Below, piece after piece: positions 1 through 12,935 of a stretch of DNA of 27,351 nt (position 1 is its first letter; each line of letters begins with the position of its first letter). The DNA comes from Chiloscyllium plagiosum. Taxonomy: Eukaryota. Location of the stretch: NCBI RefSeq assembly GCF_004010195.1, contig NC_057718.1:101699463-101726813 (forward strand). Direction: 5' to 3'. The translations under genes and the position numbers were made by a program. The notes under the pieces were generated by a model. It was not told the origin of the DNA, ran no database searches, and saw nothing but the letters and a program-made list of their open reading frames with translations.

Positions 1-188
1 AAAGGTTGGGGACATTCGGGGTGATGCAAGGATGGGCCACTGTGCCATGGGGAGAAATCCCTCTGGAACGCTGGAAGGGGAGGGCCTAGCTGTATTTTGC
101 TTTTTTGTTGTACAGGACACAAGTTCCCACTCTTGATGACAATCCTTAATAAGCCTGAAGTAACACATTGTTGTACAATGTTTTGCAG

Positions 189-242
189 GAGAAGATAAGG
201 AGAATAATGAACACATACCTTATATTGATGACTGTGAAGACG
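189..242 (+). CDS. Candidate 54-nt internal exon of an unidentified gene
   Basis: ttttgcag| acceptor at 187-188 and |gtagga donor at 243. Length is a multiple of 3. Open in two frames: (G)EDKENNEHIPYIDDCED or EKIRRIMNTYLILMTVKT. No protein recognised. Confidence 0.3.
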
Positions 243-792
243 GTAGGACTAAATTTTGTTTTACAATAACAGAGAGCAGACATAATAAAACAGAAACATC
301 AGAAATGCAGTTAAATAAACTGAAAAATTGTGGATTGGTCACTGTTCCAATTTGCCAGTTTTTATTCATTTTAACAAGCAATTTAAAAAAAATTGAAATG
401 AATTTGAAGCCGAAGTTCTTAACAGTTCATTTCTCCAGTTTCTCTGGAAAGTAGACATTTCTGTCGATCAGCTGAGAAAGAATATTCCTCCTCTTTGGTT
501 CCGAGATTTATTCAGTGATGTCTTAAGTCAGTATTCGGACCAAGATGGTTTCCTTAAAGGCCACTCTTCATGTGTGACCCTGGACCTTCAATATCAACCA
601 TGAGGTCTCTCACATTTCTGCCCGACCCACTATATGACATTCACTAGATATTAATGGATTATTATATAAGCAGGAGCTAGGGGTCGATTGTTCCTTTAAA
701 CGATGGTGATGAAAATGCCATTTTACGTGGGACATTTCCTATGTTCTCCCGGCAGCGACCTTTTGCTTAGATTCATTTTTCTGTTTCCACAG

Positions 793-870
793 AAAGTGGA
801 CAATGAGGACATGACTCGAAGGATAACAAGACAGGTCGATGTCCGTGAAGGCAGACTGTCCCTCTTTTAG
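793..870 (+). CDS. Candidate terminal exon (coding part) of an unidentified gene
   Basis: Strong polypyrimidine acceptor (ttcatttttctgtttccacag|). Phase 0 reads KVDNEDMTRRITRQVDVREGRLSLF*, phase 1 reads (E)SGQ*. Followed by repeat-poor, T-rich sequence. Confidence 0.2.
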   Translation, partial: KVDNEDMTRRITRQVDVREGRLSLF

Positions 871-1747
871 ACTTCCAGAAGGTGGATGGTACAATTTTGT
901 GCTTGCGTTTAGATCGCCATCTTGTTCAGTTTTGTGTATCCAAATTCTGGGATGTATTATGTTTCGTAATTGTAATTATTGAGGGAAATATTTTGGCCTA
1001 ATATTGTGCTTTGAAATGATACTTTTACTGCCTACAACTGGTGTTCCATTGAACAAGAGAAATTGGATCCAATATCATATCAGCTTCTCAACCGAAGGAT
1101 GACCTAACTGTATTTATCCCTGTTACGCCAGGGTATATCACACCTCTGCTCCTTGAGTCAGTGTTTACCTAAAGCTTGACCCTGAAGTTGCCATAGAATC
1201 CAACAGTGACAGATCTAGGCCCCAATCAGTCAGCCATACCTGTCCCATTGCTGTTCAGATGTGTACACAAACTCAATAGCCAATTGTTTGGGATCTCTTC
1301 TCTTTTTAGAGATGGTGGATGAATTAAAAAATGGATTCACTTTGTTAATATTTCCTCCTTTGGCAATCCCTTGATACCACAGTAAGGTTGGTTCCCAGTG
1401 TAGAGACTAAGGAAGAATGAAAATTGAGTTGTGAGATTTGCCAGAGAAGTTGACGGTGGCTTTTCTAATCTGAGAGGGAGACAGCATTGGCAAATACAGG
1501 CCAAACCAGTTGATGGGGTGGTTGTTAAATTGGATCTTATCTCTTTATGTTTTACGTCTCCTTTAGCAATCCTTTAGCTTTTTGCACCATGTTAACTCCC
1601 TCCTGGCACACAGATTAACAAATTTTATTGGTTGTGGCAGTTCCTCACTTATTGGTGCCAATCTCTCTCTCTCTCTCTCTTTTTATTCTTTTTCCTTCTT
1701 TTAATTCATTTACAATACGTGGGCATCACTGTCATGGCCAGCTTGCA

Positions 1748-1912
1748 ATGGAATTCCCTTCCTAAACCTCTCAGCCCCATCTCTTCTCCTTTGAGATGCT
1801 TTTTATAACCTGCTGCTTTGATCAAGGTTTGGTCATACCTCGGCAGGTTTCAAAAATTGACTGGTTGCTCTTCCTGTGAAACATCTTGGGATGTTTTACT
1901 GCATTGTAAGGT
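1748..1912 (+). mobile_element. Degenerate L2-type LINE/SINE 3' fragment
   Basis: tggaattcccttcctaaacctctc...ctcctttgagatgct...cctgtgaaacatcttgggatgttttact resembles the recalled L2 3' end. A related copy lies at 9105-9260. Confidence 0.5.
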
Positions 1913-4900
1913 TAAAGTCATCATTGTCCCAGAGGACCAATCAGGCTGTTCTCCCAGCTCAGGGTCCTGTCCTGATAACTCCACTGGGAATAGGGCAGTG
2001 CCGTTCCCATATTAGCACCAACAGCTCTGCTTTGGATGCATTGCACTGAGAAAGTAAACCATCTCCCAAATTATTTCCAAGATTTTCTTTTCCCCTGAGT
2101 AGCTTTTGATTTCTCAGAAGCTCAGGGAGTTTGAATAACAAAGTCAAAAGTGGTGATGACTGTGAGGGGGACTAACTCCATTTGATAAAAGAAAATCTGA
2201 AATCCAGGTCATGGCTACTCCTCACTCTGACTAATTGGTGATAAATGTTTGGTTGACTTGAGAAATCCCTGTGCAACTCAGACCATGTCTCGCTGTTTGC
2301 AAACAGCGATTAGCTTGCCAATGAGAAATTGTTTGCAAATCCTTAATGCATATCTGAAAACTCCAAAGCTAGAGGATAATGTTTCTGATAAGCTAGAAAT
2401 AATTCAGTATTATTGCAGTGTGATCAACTGGGAACTCAAGCTTAATTTACTTAAATATTCACCAGTTGCTCTAGAGAGTCAGATTTCCTTTAGCAAGGAA
2501 GCTCACCACCATATATCAAAGTTCATTTGACAGGATGAGTGTTAGTTAATGTTCGTCTCAGCTTTCTCTCACTCAGTGTCAGTACAGAGCTGCTCATTCA
2601 GCCTGGAGAGGTGAAACATAGATCTGTGAATGCTCTTGTCCCTATCATTTTGGTCTCCAAGGAGAGATATTTTAATCTTCTGCTGTTCCTGTCACTTTAA
2701 CTTATTCCGTCATCTCTCACATTACAGAGGTCTGCAACATTACACAAAAAACATCTGCTGCCCTAACCCCAGAACCACACTTCAAAAAAAAAAGCCCTGG
2801 GATTTCGCATTTGAAAGACATGAATTTTATTGCCCTTGGCCCATGTTTGTTTATCTAAAAACACACCACCACCATGCAAGAGATTTTTGTTAAATTATGG
2901 CAGCAAGTTAGTTGCGAAGCTGGTGATGACTAGAACCAACTTGTTTCCAACTGGAGTAGATGGATAATAAAGTTTTGCGATGTATAGTACATTGTTATCT
3001 TACCTCCCCAGTAAATTACAGCTGATATAATTGGGCCTATCGGAATGAATGAAACTCAACACAGTTACAGTGTAACACTGATCATTCTCAATATGGAGAG
3101 CCAAGGCAGCAAGGTTCAACACCAAAAGACTGTCATTAAATCAGAAATCATGGAATGCTTGCTGTAGAGGTGGAGGCCATCCAGCCCATCAAGTCTCTGA
3201 GAGAACAACTTGACTCATCCCACTCTTCCACCCCTTCCCTGGAACTCGGTAAACCCTCCAACTCCCAGCAGACACCTAGCACCCTTCTGAAAGCACCCGC
3301 CCCCCACTCCAGGGCACAGTGTGTAGAATTCCGCTGGGAGTTGGAGCACTTAACTCCCTGCTCCGTGATGGTGTGCCTGGCCCCCAGACTGCAGCAGACA
3401 CACACTGATATGGACCTACCAGGAGTCATTTGTTATAAGGGATGAGGTGGGAAGCCTCACCCAAGGTGGACTTGATATGTAACAATATCCTTTACTGAAA
3501 CAGGAAGGACACAGTCATTTCTGAATAAGGAATGACTATGGTCCATCAGTAATCCAACATGTACTATCCTGGGGATCATACGATACAAAAAGGTTGAGTT
3601 GTTGACAGTGACCTGTCTCTGTCAATGAGTCTACATCAACTCAGGCATGAGGCAAGGCACTCTCTCCATTCCGACCAGGTGTTGGACAGCCCTGGGACTC
3701 ATAGACCTCAAGTCATACATTCCTCCCAATCTTGCTCCACTTACCACACATCATGTTTTAAATGTTTTAGATCCCAGCATGTTACTTTCTAAAGAAGTCT
3801 GTCACATTTGCATCCAAGTAGCTCAATACTCACAGTTTCCAGTGTCTCTCACAGGATGTTCTATATATTGGTCACTGACCTACTGAGATATTGCTTTTTA
3901 CTTGAACATGAGAATGTATCATCTAATGTAGATCCCCATCTCTCAGCCTGTATCCTCAGCTTCTCTTCTTCCAAACAAAGTACAACTGGATCTATGGTCT
4001 CTAAACTCAGCCGTCATATCACCAAAGTATTATGGGCAGAATGGCCTCTTTCCATGACGTTTGCTTCTATATTATTTCTTAATTGTTCACCTGTTCACCA
4101 ACAACATGCACAATTTAGAATAAGCCACTGATCATGTCCCCCATTCTGCACTATCCCTGGTATTCCAAGTGGTCGTGTCAGAAACACTCATATTTAAAAA
4201 TGCATTTTGACTTACTTTTAAAAATATAATAACTTTGTTGACAGTTTGCTTAATTTTTTTCTCAAATTGACTTAGGCATTTCTTTTAGAAACAGGAGAAG
4301 GTTGACAAGGCGATCACTGAGGAGATTTGGTACAGCTCGTTCCTATAATGACCAGTTCCTCTGTCTTAATTGGTACCTCAGTTGTTATAGTATTGGCTAA
4401 TCTTAGCAGCTAATGCTGGGCACTTTGGAAAGGGTAGTCCTCTTGCATTTAACTGTTTTGCTCAAGGATATGCTATCAGGGAGAAGAGTAGGTTTATCGA
4501 CTCGCAGAATGATGGAGCACGCAGGGAGGCCACTCAGCCCCTTGTGTCCTATGCCAGCCCTTTGTTAAAGCTAACTCTCTCTAAAGCTGTAACTCTCGGC
4601 TCAGGCCGACAGAGTAACATCTGATAGAACTCAATCCCGTTGTTCCTGAGACTGGCATCTCATGGCAATGAACACTAGGGTGAGAGGGATGGTAGAAATC
4701 ACAGGGAGGGGAGTTTGAGGTAGATCTTGACTTCATGATGCCAATGTAAAAAGGATGTTAATAGCTGAGCAGCCCACTTGACATCCCTCCTGACAAATAT
4801 AAAATAAAATAATACAAGGAGGGCTATCAGATGTGCTGTATCATCACTCAAAGTCTATCCCATTGAAATACAATGTGGTCTGATATGAAGCCCTGATCCA

Positions 4901-5514
4901 AATCTACTGCTCAAACCTCCAGATTTGTCCAGTTTACAATAAAAATGTTCTAAACACACTCTCTACCAGTTTTATGGATTCTGTGAAACTGCCTCTTGCA
5001 GTGTATGCTTGCTTTGCTTTAGACTATGTTTAGATAGATGTCTTACTTTCCATAGACTTTTCAGGAATACAGTTTTATTTTATTTCCTTTGATGCTTTAA
5101 GATTTGCCTTACCTCATGGTATGTAATAGTGACTGGCAGTTGTTTCTTGTAAACCTGAGGCAAGTGGATCAAACTGGAAATGATCCTCCAGATCTAATGC
5201 CTTGTTGTCAACATGTTAAGTAGCCAGCATTACATAATCGAAACAAAAAGGCTTTTTCCTCGTCATCTCTCTCTGTGCCATGAATTTGGAATGTTGCCAA
5301 TACAAAATGATACCGTCACACTTGGTCTGTTTAATAAAATGAACGATAATAGCATTTCGAAAAACATGCCTCTTCAATTATTTGAAAAAGTCATTTTTTA
5401 TGAGACTGCTGGTGTTTGAAAGTTGCATTTTGATTCCTTTGTCAGCTCCCACTGTCTGATGTAAAGGACATTACTTCTATTTTGTTTTTGGTTCTGATGA
5501 ACCAGTCGAGGTTT

Positions 5515-5683
5515 GGGTAGTGCTGCTTTCTTATTAGAGAGACAATGGTAGTGGTTTAACCTGAGGGTCACCGTGCCTTAGGCAAGGGGAGAGGTTGGGA
5601 TGGAGAGTCCTCAGTTGGTCCAGGAATTGGGCCTACAATGTTGGCAATGACTTGCTATTTGTCCACCAGCTGAGCTAAGTGAC
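5515..5683 (-). mobile_element. Degenerate tRNA-derived SINE
   Basis: Minus strand begins TTAGCTCAGCTGGT (A-box-like) with a decayed B box, followed by a body typical of a recalled shark SINE. A probable tail fragment lies at 1913-1952. Confidence 0.45.
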
Positions 5684-5929
5684 TGCTGAATGATTTGAGG
5701 TTGACTGTTCTTCTGCACTCTGAGCTGGACAAAGTTGGAATGTTATATTTCACTGATCAGGCAGTGAAAGAGAAAAAGAAGCTCATGATTTAGCGGTGGC
5801 CTTTCCCTTGAACCTGCTCAGAGTTCTTCAGTAGGGAAATGATGCATGTTCAGGCAAATGATTACATCCAAAAAGGTTTACGTGTCCCTCTGTTCTTTGT
5901 ACATCGACCGCGTTCTCTATATTTGAGTT

Positions 5930-5982
5930 ATAGAGTCATAGAGATGTACAGCATGGAAACAGACCCTTCGGTCCAACCTGTC
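5930..5982 (-). mobile_element. Short CR1 LINE 3' tail
   Basis: atagagtcatagagatgtacagcatggaaacagacccttcggtccaacctgtc is nearly identical to 20296-20348. Confidence 0.75.
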
Positions 5983-6194
5983 AGTTCTGGACCTTTTGCT
6001 ACTTAATTTTGCAGCTTGAAAGTTTTGGCTGACAGAATCTTGTCATAAGCCAAAGGCGATGTTTGGAACTCAAAGAATCATGCTTCTAACATTCCTGCAT
6101 CTTATTTCCTCCAATCCTGAGAAAGTCTCATGATGTTTGAAAACAATGACATATAACAAAATCAAATAATATCGAGTGCTATTGCAGCATTTAA

Positions 6195-6645
6195 TATAGG
6201 AGCTAGGAATAGGAATTGGCCATTCAGCCATTCAGGCCTGCTTCCCCATTCAGGAAGGGGGATCATGGCTGACCTAGTTATGGTCACAACTCCACTTTCC
6301 TGTGTGTTTCCCATGACCCTCAACTCTCTAGACTATCAAAAGTACACCTAACACAGCCTTGAATAAATCCAGTGAGCCTCCCTCTACTATTTTATGAGGA
6401 AGGGAATTACGCAGACTTACCATCACCCCCCACCCCCGCCCCCCGAAGAGGAAAAGTAAAATCCTCATCCTCACCTTAAGAGAGAGATTTCTTGAACTGT
6501 AACCCCCCCAGTTATAGTCTTTCTCACAAGAGGAAGCATCACTCTGGTCTCTACCACATCAAGTCCCCTCAGGATATTATCTGTTTCAAGAACCTCTCAT
6601 TCTTCAAAACTGTAAGGATAAACCCCTAAACTGTTCAATCTGCCA
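6195..6645 (-). mobile_element. Degenerate CR1 LINE 3' fragment
   Basis: Reverse-complement similarity to the CR1 copy at 11860-12242 (ggccattcagcc...gatcatggctga...agggaattac...). Confidence 0.7.
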
Positions 6646-6702
6646 CACATTCTCACCATTAAATTAGAACCAGAACTGTTTATCATTTAAACACCAGTGT
6701 TT

Positions 6703-6996
6703 TTTCTTCATTTACTGGCTAGGCCAGTATTTGTTGCCCATCCCTAATTACTCACAAGGCAGTTAACCACATGTAGGCCAGGCCAGGTAAGGATGGCAGG
6801 TTTCCTTCCCAAAAGGGCATTAGGGATGCAGTTGGATTTTCCCCCAACAATTGGCAACTCTTAATTCCAGATTCCTTTTCATTAAATTCACATTCCACCA
6901 TCTGCTGTGGCGGGATTTGAATCTGGGTCTCCGGAACATTCCCTGGGTTTCTTGGTTAATAGTCCAGCAATAATACCACTGGGTCATTGGCTCCCC
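6703..6996 (-). mobile_element. SacSINE1-like DeuSINE (tRNA head, Deu domain, LINE-derived tail)
   Basis: Minus strand: A-box-like CCCAGTGGTATTA, B-box-like AGATTCAAATCCC, Deu-like GGGAAGGAAACCTGCCATCCTTACCTGGCCTGGCCTACATGTG, and tail ATTAGGGATGGGCAACAAATACTGGCC. Confidence 0.7.
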
Positions 6997-8254
6997 TTAA
7001 ATGTGTTTGGCAAAATGGCATGATTCTTCATTGTAAAGTTCTAAGTAAGATACATAACTCACTCTCAATGTTTGTTTCCATTGATGCGTTTCACACTTTG
7101 AGACAGCCAGTCATTGTGAAAGGCTCCATAAAAATTCAAATCTTTCCCTTCCTTCCTTCAGTCCCTGCCCCATCAATCCACAAGCGTGCTCCAAGTGTGA
7201 ATACTCCATCCTCCGCCAGCGACCTCTCCCAGTTCCGTCTTCTCCCATTTCCATGCCCTGTGTCCATCATCCCCACGAGCAACTGAGAGAGAAGGCAGGG
7301 TGGGAGATGGGGGAATGGGTCAACATGAAGGGCAACGCAAAGGGGAAGATGAAAGAGATTTAAAGAAAGAGAGAAAGAAGACAGAAACATACACATGAAA
7401 TCGCATTTTTATAAAAGAAAAGTGGATATAACAATACTCCAGAAAAAGAAATAAAAGGTAGGTTTGCTTTCGATATTCATGGTGCATCAAACTGAAACTC
7501 ATTGACAAGAAAGATCATTCCTGTGGAAACTGACCTTCTGAAGGGTTTTAACACAACTGTGCATGTACACACACACACACATTTAAACTACTGACAAGAC
7601 TTTTTTTTTAACCAGCAGTTATGCTTTTTTTAAATTGTCAATGGATGTAAGCTTTAGCCTTTCCAATTAATTTGTTAGTCTAAACGAAGGGCGCCTGAAA
7701 GAGCTATTCAGACGGATGGGACATGATTCATGTTTGGTCTGATCCGGTTTGTAAATTGTGGAAATATGTTCTCTTTCATTTCAGCCCTTCATCAATAAAA
7801 CACAGCATCTCCTGATTCACTGCTTTGTGCAGAGCAGGGATTTCAAATGAACTCTAAGCTTCTTAACATAATTGGGTTCCGGTGCAGGCTAAAGAAAAGT
7901 CGCTTAGATTTGTTCGCAGTTCTGATGACAGCTGCTATTATTCCTATAGTGATTCAACTGACCAGTGGTGAGCATTAATAATCTCGCAAATGTTGCTTTT
8001 ATGTGTGTAACAGTATTCACTTGGGAACGACACAAAAGTAAGTCTTTTAGGAAACGCACATTCTTTCCATTTGGAGCTTGGTGTAATTATTTAATGTGAA
8101 TCACTGATAGGTTTTATTACAACACTCATTTAATTTTTTCACATGTACCCCACACTGAATTGTAAATAAAGCTTGGGCAGTTTATTTGTTTCGAGCTGTG
8201 CAGGGTACATATATAGAGCACAATATGCAATTGTAAATGGATTTCAGAAACGAT

Positions 8255-8935
8255 ATTCATTCATGGGATCAGGGCGTCACTGGCGAGGTCACAATTTGTT
8301 GCCCATCCTAATTGTCCAAGAGAAGGTGGTGGGTGAGCTGCCTTCTTGAACTGCTGCAGTGTTTGGGATGTGAGTATATCCATAGGTCTATAAGGATTTT
8401 GACCCAGTAACACTGAAGAAACAGTGATATATTTCCAAGTCAGGATGGTGAGTGGCTTGAAGGGGAACTTGCAGGGGGTGGTGTTTCCATGTATCTGCTG
8501 CCCTTGTCCTTCTAGATGGTAGAGGTCGCAAACTTGGGGGAGAAGCTGTTGAAGGAGCCTTGATGAGCTTTTGCAGTGCATCTTGTAAATGGTACACATT
8601 GCTGCCACTGTGTGTTATTAATGGAGAGGGGGAATGCTTAAAATGCTGCTTGGGATACCAATCCACCAGGATACTTTGTCCTGAATTGTTTCCAATATTT
8701 TTGGAGGTACAGTCATCCAGGCAAGTGGAAAATACTGAAGTAACCTGTAGGTGGTTAACTAGGATACCAGCCTGAGGAATATCTGTAGCAGAGAAGTGGA
8801 ACTTATGGTAAGAATGACTGCAGGTCATTCAGTCTTTCTCCCTAACTCCCATTGACTCCAATTTACTAGGGCCTCGTTGATGCCACACTTAGTCAAGTGT
8901 TGCTTTGATGTTAAAGGCATTCACTCTCACCTCAG
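8255..8935 (-). mobile_element. LINE (CR1/L2-clade, second family) 3' fragment, frameshifted ORF2 C-terminus
   Basis: Overlapping ORFs give AAMCTIYKMHC and RRTRAADTWKHHPLQVPLQATHHPDLEIY. The same peptides recur at 12664-12927 and 21012-21100. Confidence 0.75.
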
Positions 8936-8990
8936 AGACAGCATTTGTGAATTAGTTACAGAGTACAAAGAGAAAATTGTCCCATTTTCC

Positions 8991-9024
<34 letters not shown>
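8991..9024. repeat. (CT)n microsatellite
   Basis: ctctctct... run with one interruption. Confidence 0.95.
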
Positions 9025-9104
9025 GCCCCAGAGAGAGAATGCAGATTAGCAAAATTAATGTAACTCAATAGGTTACACAAGCCTTCCTCTCTACTCTACA
9101 TTAA

Positions 9105-9260
9105 AGTTTACTCCCTAAATTACATCTCTCTCTTTATCTCTCTTTTCTCCTTTAAAGCATGTGTAAAATCCACCTCTTTCACCACATCCTCAATCACCTA
9201 ACTTACAATTTCCTTCCGTAGCTTAGTGTTTTATAATACTTTTGTGAAATTGGAGCTGGG
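9105..9260 (+). mobile_element. Degenerate L2-type 3' fragment
   Basis: actccctaaa...ctcctttaaagcat...aaaatccacctcttt...tgtgaaat is similar to 1748-1912. Confidence 0.45.
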
Positions 9261-9276
9261 AAAAGATAGCTACCCT

Positions 9277-9316
9277 CAGTTCTGAAGAAGGGTGATTGGA
9301 CTCGAAAGATTGACTG
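9277..9316 (+). ncRNA. Minimal type I hammerhead ribozyme motif (helix III mutated)
   Basis: CAGUU-CUGAAGA-A-GGGU(GAUUGG)ACUC-GAAA-GA-UU^-GACUG. Helix I has 5 bp, helix II has 4 bp. Confidence 0.7.
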
Positions 9317-9400
9317 TTTCCCTCTCCACAGATGCTGCCAGCTGTTTCCTCCAGCACTTTTTTTGTTTCAGATTTCCAGCATCCACAGTCCTCTCTTTTG
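9277..9400 (+). mobile_element. Penelope-derived HHR-bearing short element (family C)
   Basis: HHR followed by ctctccacagatgctgcc...ccagca...tttccagcatccacagt, the tail shared with 13908-14006 and 22793-22980. Confidence 0.75.
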
Positions 9401-9404
9401 TTTT

Positions 9405-9522
9405 TGGGAATCAAGGGTTACAGGGTCAAGGCAGGACAGTGAAGTTGAGGATTATCAGATCAACCATAGTCTTATTGAATGGCGGAGCAGACTGGATGGG
9501 CTGAATGGCCTAATCCTACTCA
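9405..9522 (+). mobile_element. CR1 LINE 3' tail
   Basis: gggaatcaagggtta...agatcaaccatagtcttattgaatggcggagcagact...gggctgaatggcctaatcct is homologous to 12115-12225. Confidence 0.7.
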
Positions 9523-10639
9523 GGCATCATACAATCTCTCATTTGTTTTTGTTAAACCTGGCGAATATTGTTGTACAATCTGGCTAAGCCAATGGTACCC
9601 TCCTGACCATTGTACATCTTATGGTGCTGGTGTGAATGTACTGGCCATCTAACACCACACAAAGTTCAAATTTCAAAGTACTTTTGGTGAGTCTGTTGTC
9701 AACCATGTTGAATTTCATTTGCAAAATTGTATACATTCTTTGAAAGCTGCTTATTTTAAATAACTGCTTAATTGTAGGTTGTGATGTTTGAATTGTTTGT
9801 CCTTGTTTTAAAGGCTTAAGCAAGAAATGAGAGTCTACCACTTGCCAAAGCACAGGCCAGGGCACTAAGCATGTGTCTACCAATTTAGAATAGGCCGGGT
9901 ATGCGCACACTATCTTGCTTCAACCATGACTTGTTACCCCAAGCCAGGACCTGGGCAGACTTCATGTTAATACCTTGTCAAAAAGAAAGTCAGGAGATTA
10001 ATGGAGCTGACCTGCTGGGCACTAACATTTCTGTGTTTATTAAACGTCTGTATGTGTGTGTTTTGGGTTACTTAGAGGGCTAAACATTTATATTTTCATG
10101 TTACAAACTGCACGTGCTCAGTAGGGTGCAGCGAGCTTTTCCATCACAACACTAGCTGGCACCATCAATCCTGTCGTCAGCCCATTTATAATGGCTGGAG
10201 ATTAATCCACTTTCTCCCCAGTTGTGAACTATTTGGAGGACAGAGCACACCCTAGCATTGGGAGCACTAACTCCCTCTATGCAGATAAATCTGCCACTTG
10301 GAATGTAATATATGGATGATACAGGAAACTATTCTATTGGAGCAGTGGCGCTCATTAATCACATTATTGATCATTGGAATTCACTGTTAATGTGATTTTC
10401 GGTCGATTGGATCCCATTTCTTTACCAGAGAGCATTGACACATGGCTCACAAAAACATATAGCAGAGGTTAGAGTATACAAAATGTCACCTTGAATTTTT
10501 GTTTTATTTAAAATATAAACTAGCCAAAAATGTATTTGTTTCCAGTCAAGGAATCCTGTCTGTCACATGATTGTTCAGGTGACATTTCAGCTTGTTAGAC
10601 AAATACAAAAGCCACTTTCTGTACAATACAAACTATTTC

Positions 10640-10790
10640 TGGTACAGAAAGTGGCCAATCAGCCCATTTGGTCCATGCTGGTGTTCATTCTCTGCACAAG
10701 CCTCCTTCCATCCCCTCTTCATCTCAATCCTTGACATATCTTGTCTCTTTCCTTTGTGTGTTTATCTAGCTTATCCTTAAATACATCCAT
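10640..10790 (-). mobile_element. Old CR1 3' tail
   Basis: ggccaatcagcccat...ccatgctggtgtt...tttatctagcttatccttaaat. A reverse-complement relative lies at 12933-13075. Confidence 0.55.
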
Positions 10791-10805
10791 TTGTCCGTGT
10801 TGTAC

Positions 10806-10890
10806 TTTGATTTATTTATTATCACGTATTTATTTTTACAAAATAAAATGAAAAATGGTGTATAGTGTCGCCAGTCTCCAGCGCCAGTTT
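10806..10890 (-). mobile_element. Probable non-LTR retroposon 3' tail (Rex1/L2-like)
   Basis: tttgatttatttattatcacgta...aaaatgaaaa...tgtcgcca resembles 22113-22205. Confidence 0.4.
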
Positions 10891-11859
10891 AAAACACGGA
10901 AAAGTAAACCAAAACATAGATCATAAAGGCAGAAAAATAAAGAAATAATGAAAAAGTGTTCAACTTTATAATCCTTTTTAAGTGCTGTGTTGTGAGCATG
11001 GCGATTAGACACAAGTGCCCTTCACCACACCACAAATACACCCTGTTTTCACCACTGTTCAATGAAGATGCAGAATTGGTGAGCACGCGCAGTCTGTAAT
11101 ATGAAAATATAATGGTTTAGCCCTCTAAACAGGCACACACATTTTAGCATTTTAGCTAAAGAGAAAAAATAGATATCTGGCTGTGTACTTCAAAAAGAAA
11201 AACACTTTTTGTCAAATGGTGACTAATCTTGATAAGAACAGGAAATTCAAACATCAATTCCAAAGTGTCTTGCACGTGTGGTCAAGTCACTAATCAGACA
11301 TGGTTTTCTCTGGGATATTGACAGGCACATCTTGCTCAGGAACGCAACGTTGATAAATTCTTTCTGTTGCTTCCCCAGAAGAACAATCTTTTTTCTTCAT
11401 TCAAATACAAGCTTGTTTCATTCTGGGTTTCCTCAAGTGAAACATCCAAACACAAAATGGAAGCTGGGATACACTGTTCCAAACAGAACAGCTGTCAATA
11501 CCCTGTGGTAAGAGAGTCAGGTGTTTTCCCTGCAATGAGTCCAAGTGACCAAGACCAGCCGTTACCTCATGGTTTCAAAAAAATTTCAAAGTGTCTTTTC
11601 AATATAATCTTTAAAAAAAATGAAGCTATCTCCAAAATCCTTCAAACTCAAGACAACAAAAATGACCAAAAATTGGCCAATACGTTATTGTTGTTACGTA
11701 CAAAATATTGTAGGCTTTTTTACACTGCAAGCTCCTATAAACCGCAATACAAAATGAAAAAAAAAAATCAATTTTGAAGAAATTGACTGAGATAAATATT
11801 GGCCAGTGGAGCAAGGACACCTGACCGCCCATGGGCAGTTACAAACTGCAATTTAGCAG

Positions 11860-12242
11860 AAATGAGGGGGGATCTTTATAGAAACACTATGAAGGGAATC
11901 GATAAGATAGGAGTCGAGAGGATGTTTCCACTGGCAGGTAAAACTAGGTAAAGAGGGCATAGCCTCAAAGTTAGCGTGACCAGATTCAGGACTGAATTAA
12001 GAGGGAACTTCTTCACCCAGAGGGTTGTGACTCTGTGGAATTCCCTGCCTGGTGAAGCGGTTGAGGCTTCCTCGTTGAATGTTTTTAAAGCTAAAGTAGA
12101 CAATTTTTTGAACAGTAAAGGAAGTAAGGTTATGTTGAGTGGGCAGGTAAGTGGAGCTGAGTCCATGAAAAGATCAGCCATGGTGGACCAGGCTCGAAGG
12201 GTCAGATGGCCTACTCCTGCTCCTAGTTCTTATGTTGTTATG
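11860..12242 (+). mobile_element. CR1 LINE 3' fragment (ORF2 C-terminus and tail)
   Basis: Translates to RFRTELRGNFFTQRVVTLWNSLPGEAVEASSLNVFKAKVDNFL, a hallmark CR1 ORF2 end. Tail is ctactcctgctcctagttcttatgttgttatg. Confidence 0.9.
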
Positions 12243-12651
12243 CAGCAGGATACAGCGACCACAGATTTCAGGATGTTTTTCCTGTATTGAGGGCATTATT
12301 TATCAATGAGTTGTTGCTGTTCACATGCTGCCTTCAGCAACAAAGGGGTTCAGCCAGAGTGGTGAGCACTCCTACCTCACAATGCCAGGGACCCAATGTT
12401 GGACCCCACCCTTGGGTAACTGCATCCTCTGGTTACTGACTCTCTTGTGAGTACAAGACAGTTTCTCCCTTGTTACTATGTGATCAGTGCCTGCCTGCAG
12501 ATGGAGCCCTTTGTTGTTGAAGGCAATTGGAGGCTGAATGGCCTCCTCCTGTTCTGACATTCCACCTACTACATTGGAGTTCACTGCTGGCTGAGGTGCT
12601 GCTGTCTTCCCTTCTTTTCATTTCATTGCCAAATTAGAACAAGTCGAGTTT

Positions 12652-12935
12652 TTTTTAATTTAGTCATTTGTGGGAGGTGGGCGTCGTTGGTTGGGCCCAG
12701 CATTTATTGTCCGTCATTAGTTGCCCCTTGAGAAGGTGAGGTTGAGCTGCCTTCTTGAACCACTGGAGACCTCCTGCTGTGGGTTGACCCACAGTGCTGT
12801 TAGGGAGGGAATTCCAGGATTCTGACCCAGCAGCAGTGAAGGAATGGCGATATATTTCCAAGTCAGGATGGTGAGTGGCTTGGAGGGAAAGTTGAAGGGT
12901 GGTGGCATTCCCATATATCTGCTGCACTTGTCCTA
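12652..12935 (-). mobile_element. LINE (second family) 3' end
   Basis: LQATHHPDLEIYRHSFTAAGSESWNSLP, homologous to 8255-8515. Confidence 0.8.

Noticed and set aside
5494..5520. CTGATGA as another hammerhead
   Set aside because: No downstream helix II or GAAA box.
10357..10397. 10-bp inverted repeat aatcacatta/taatgtgatt as a pre-miRNA
   Set aside because: The stem is too short and does not extend. It is compatible with chance in AT-rich DNA.
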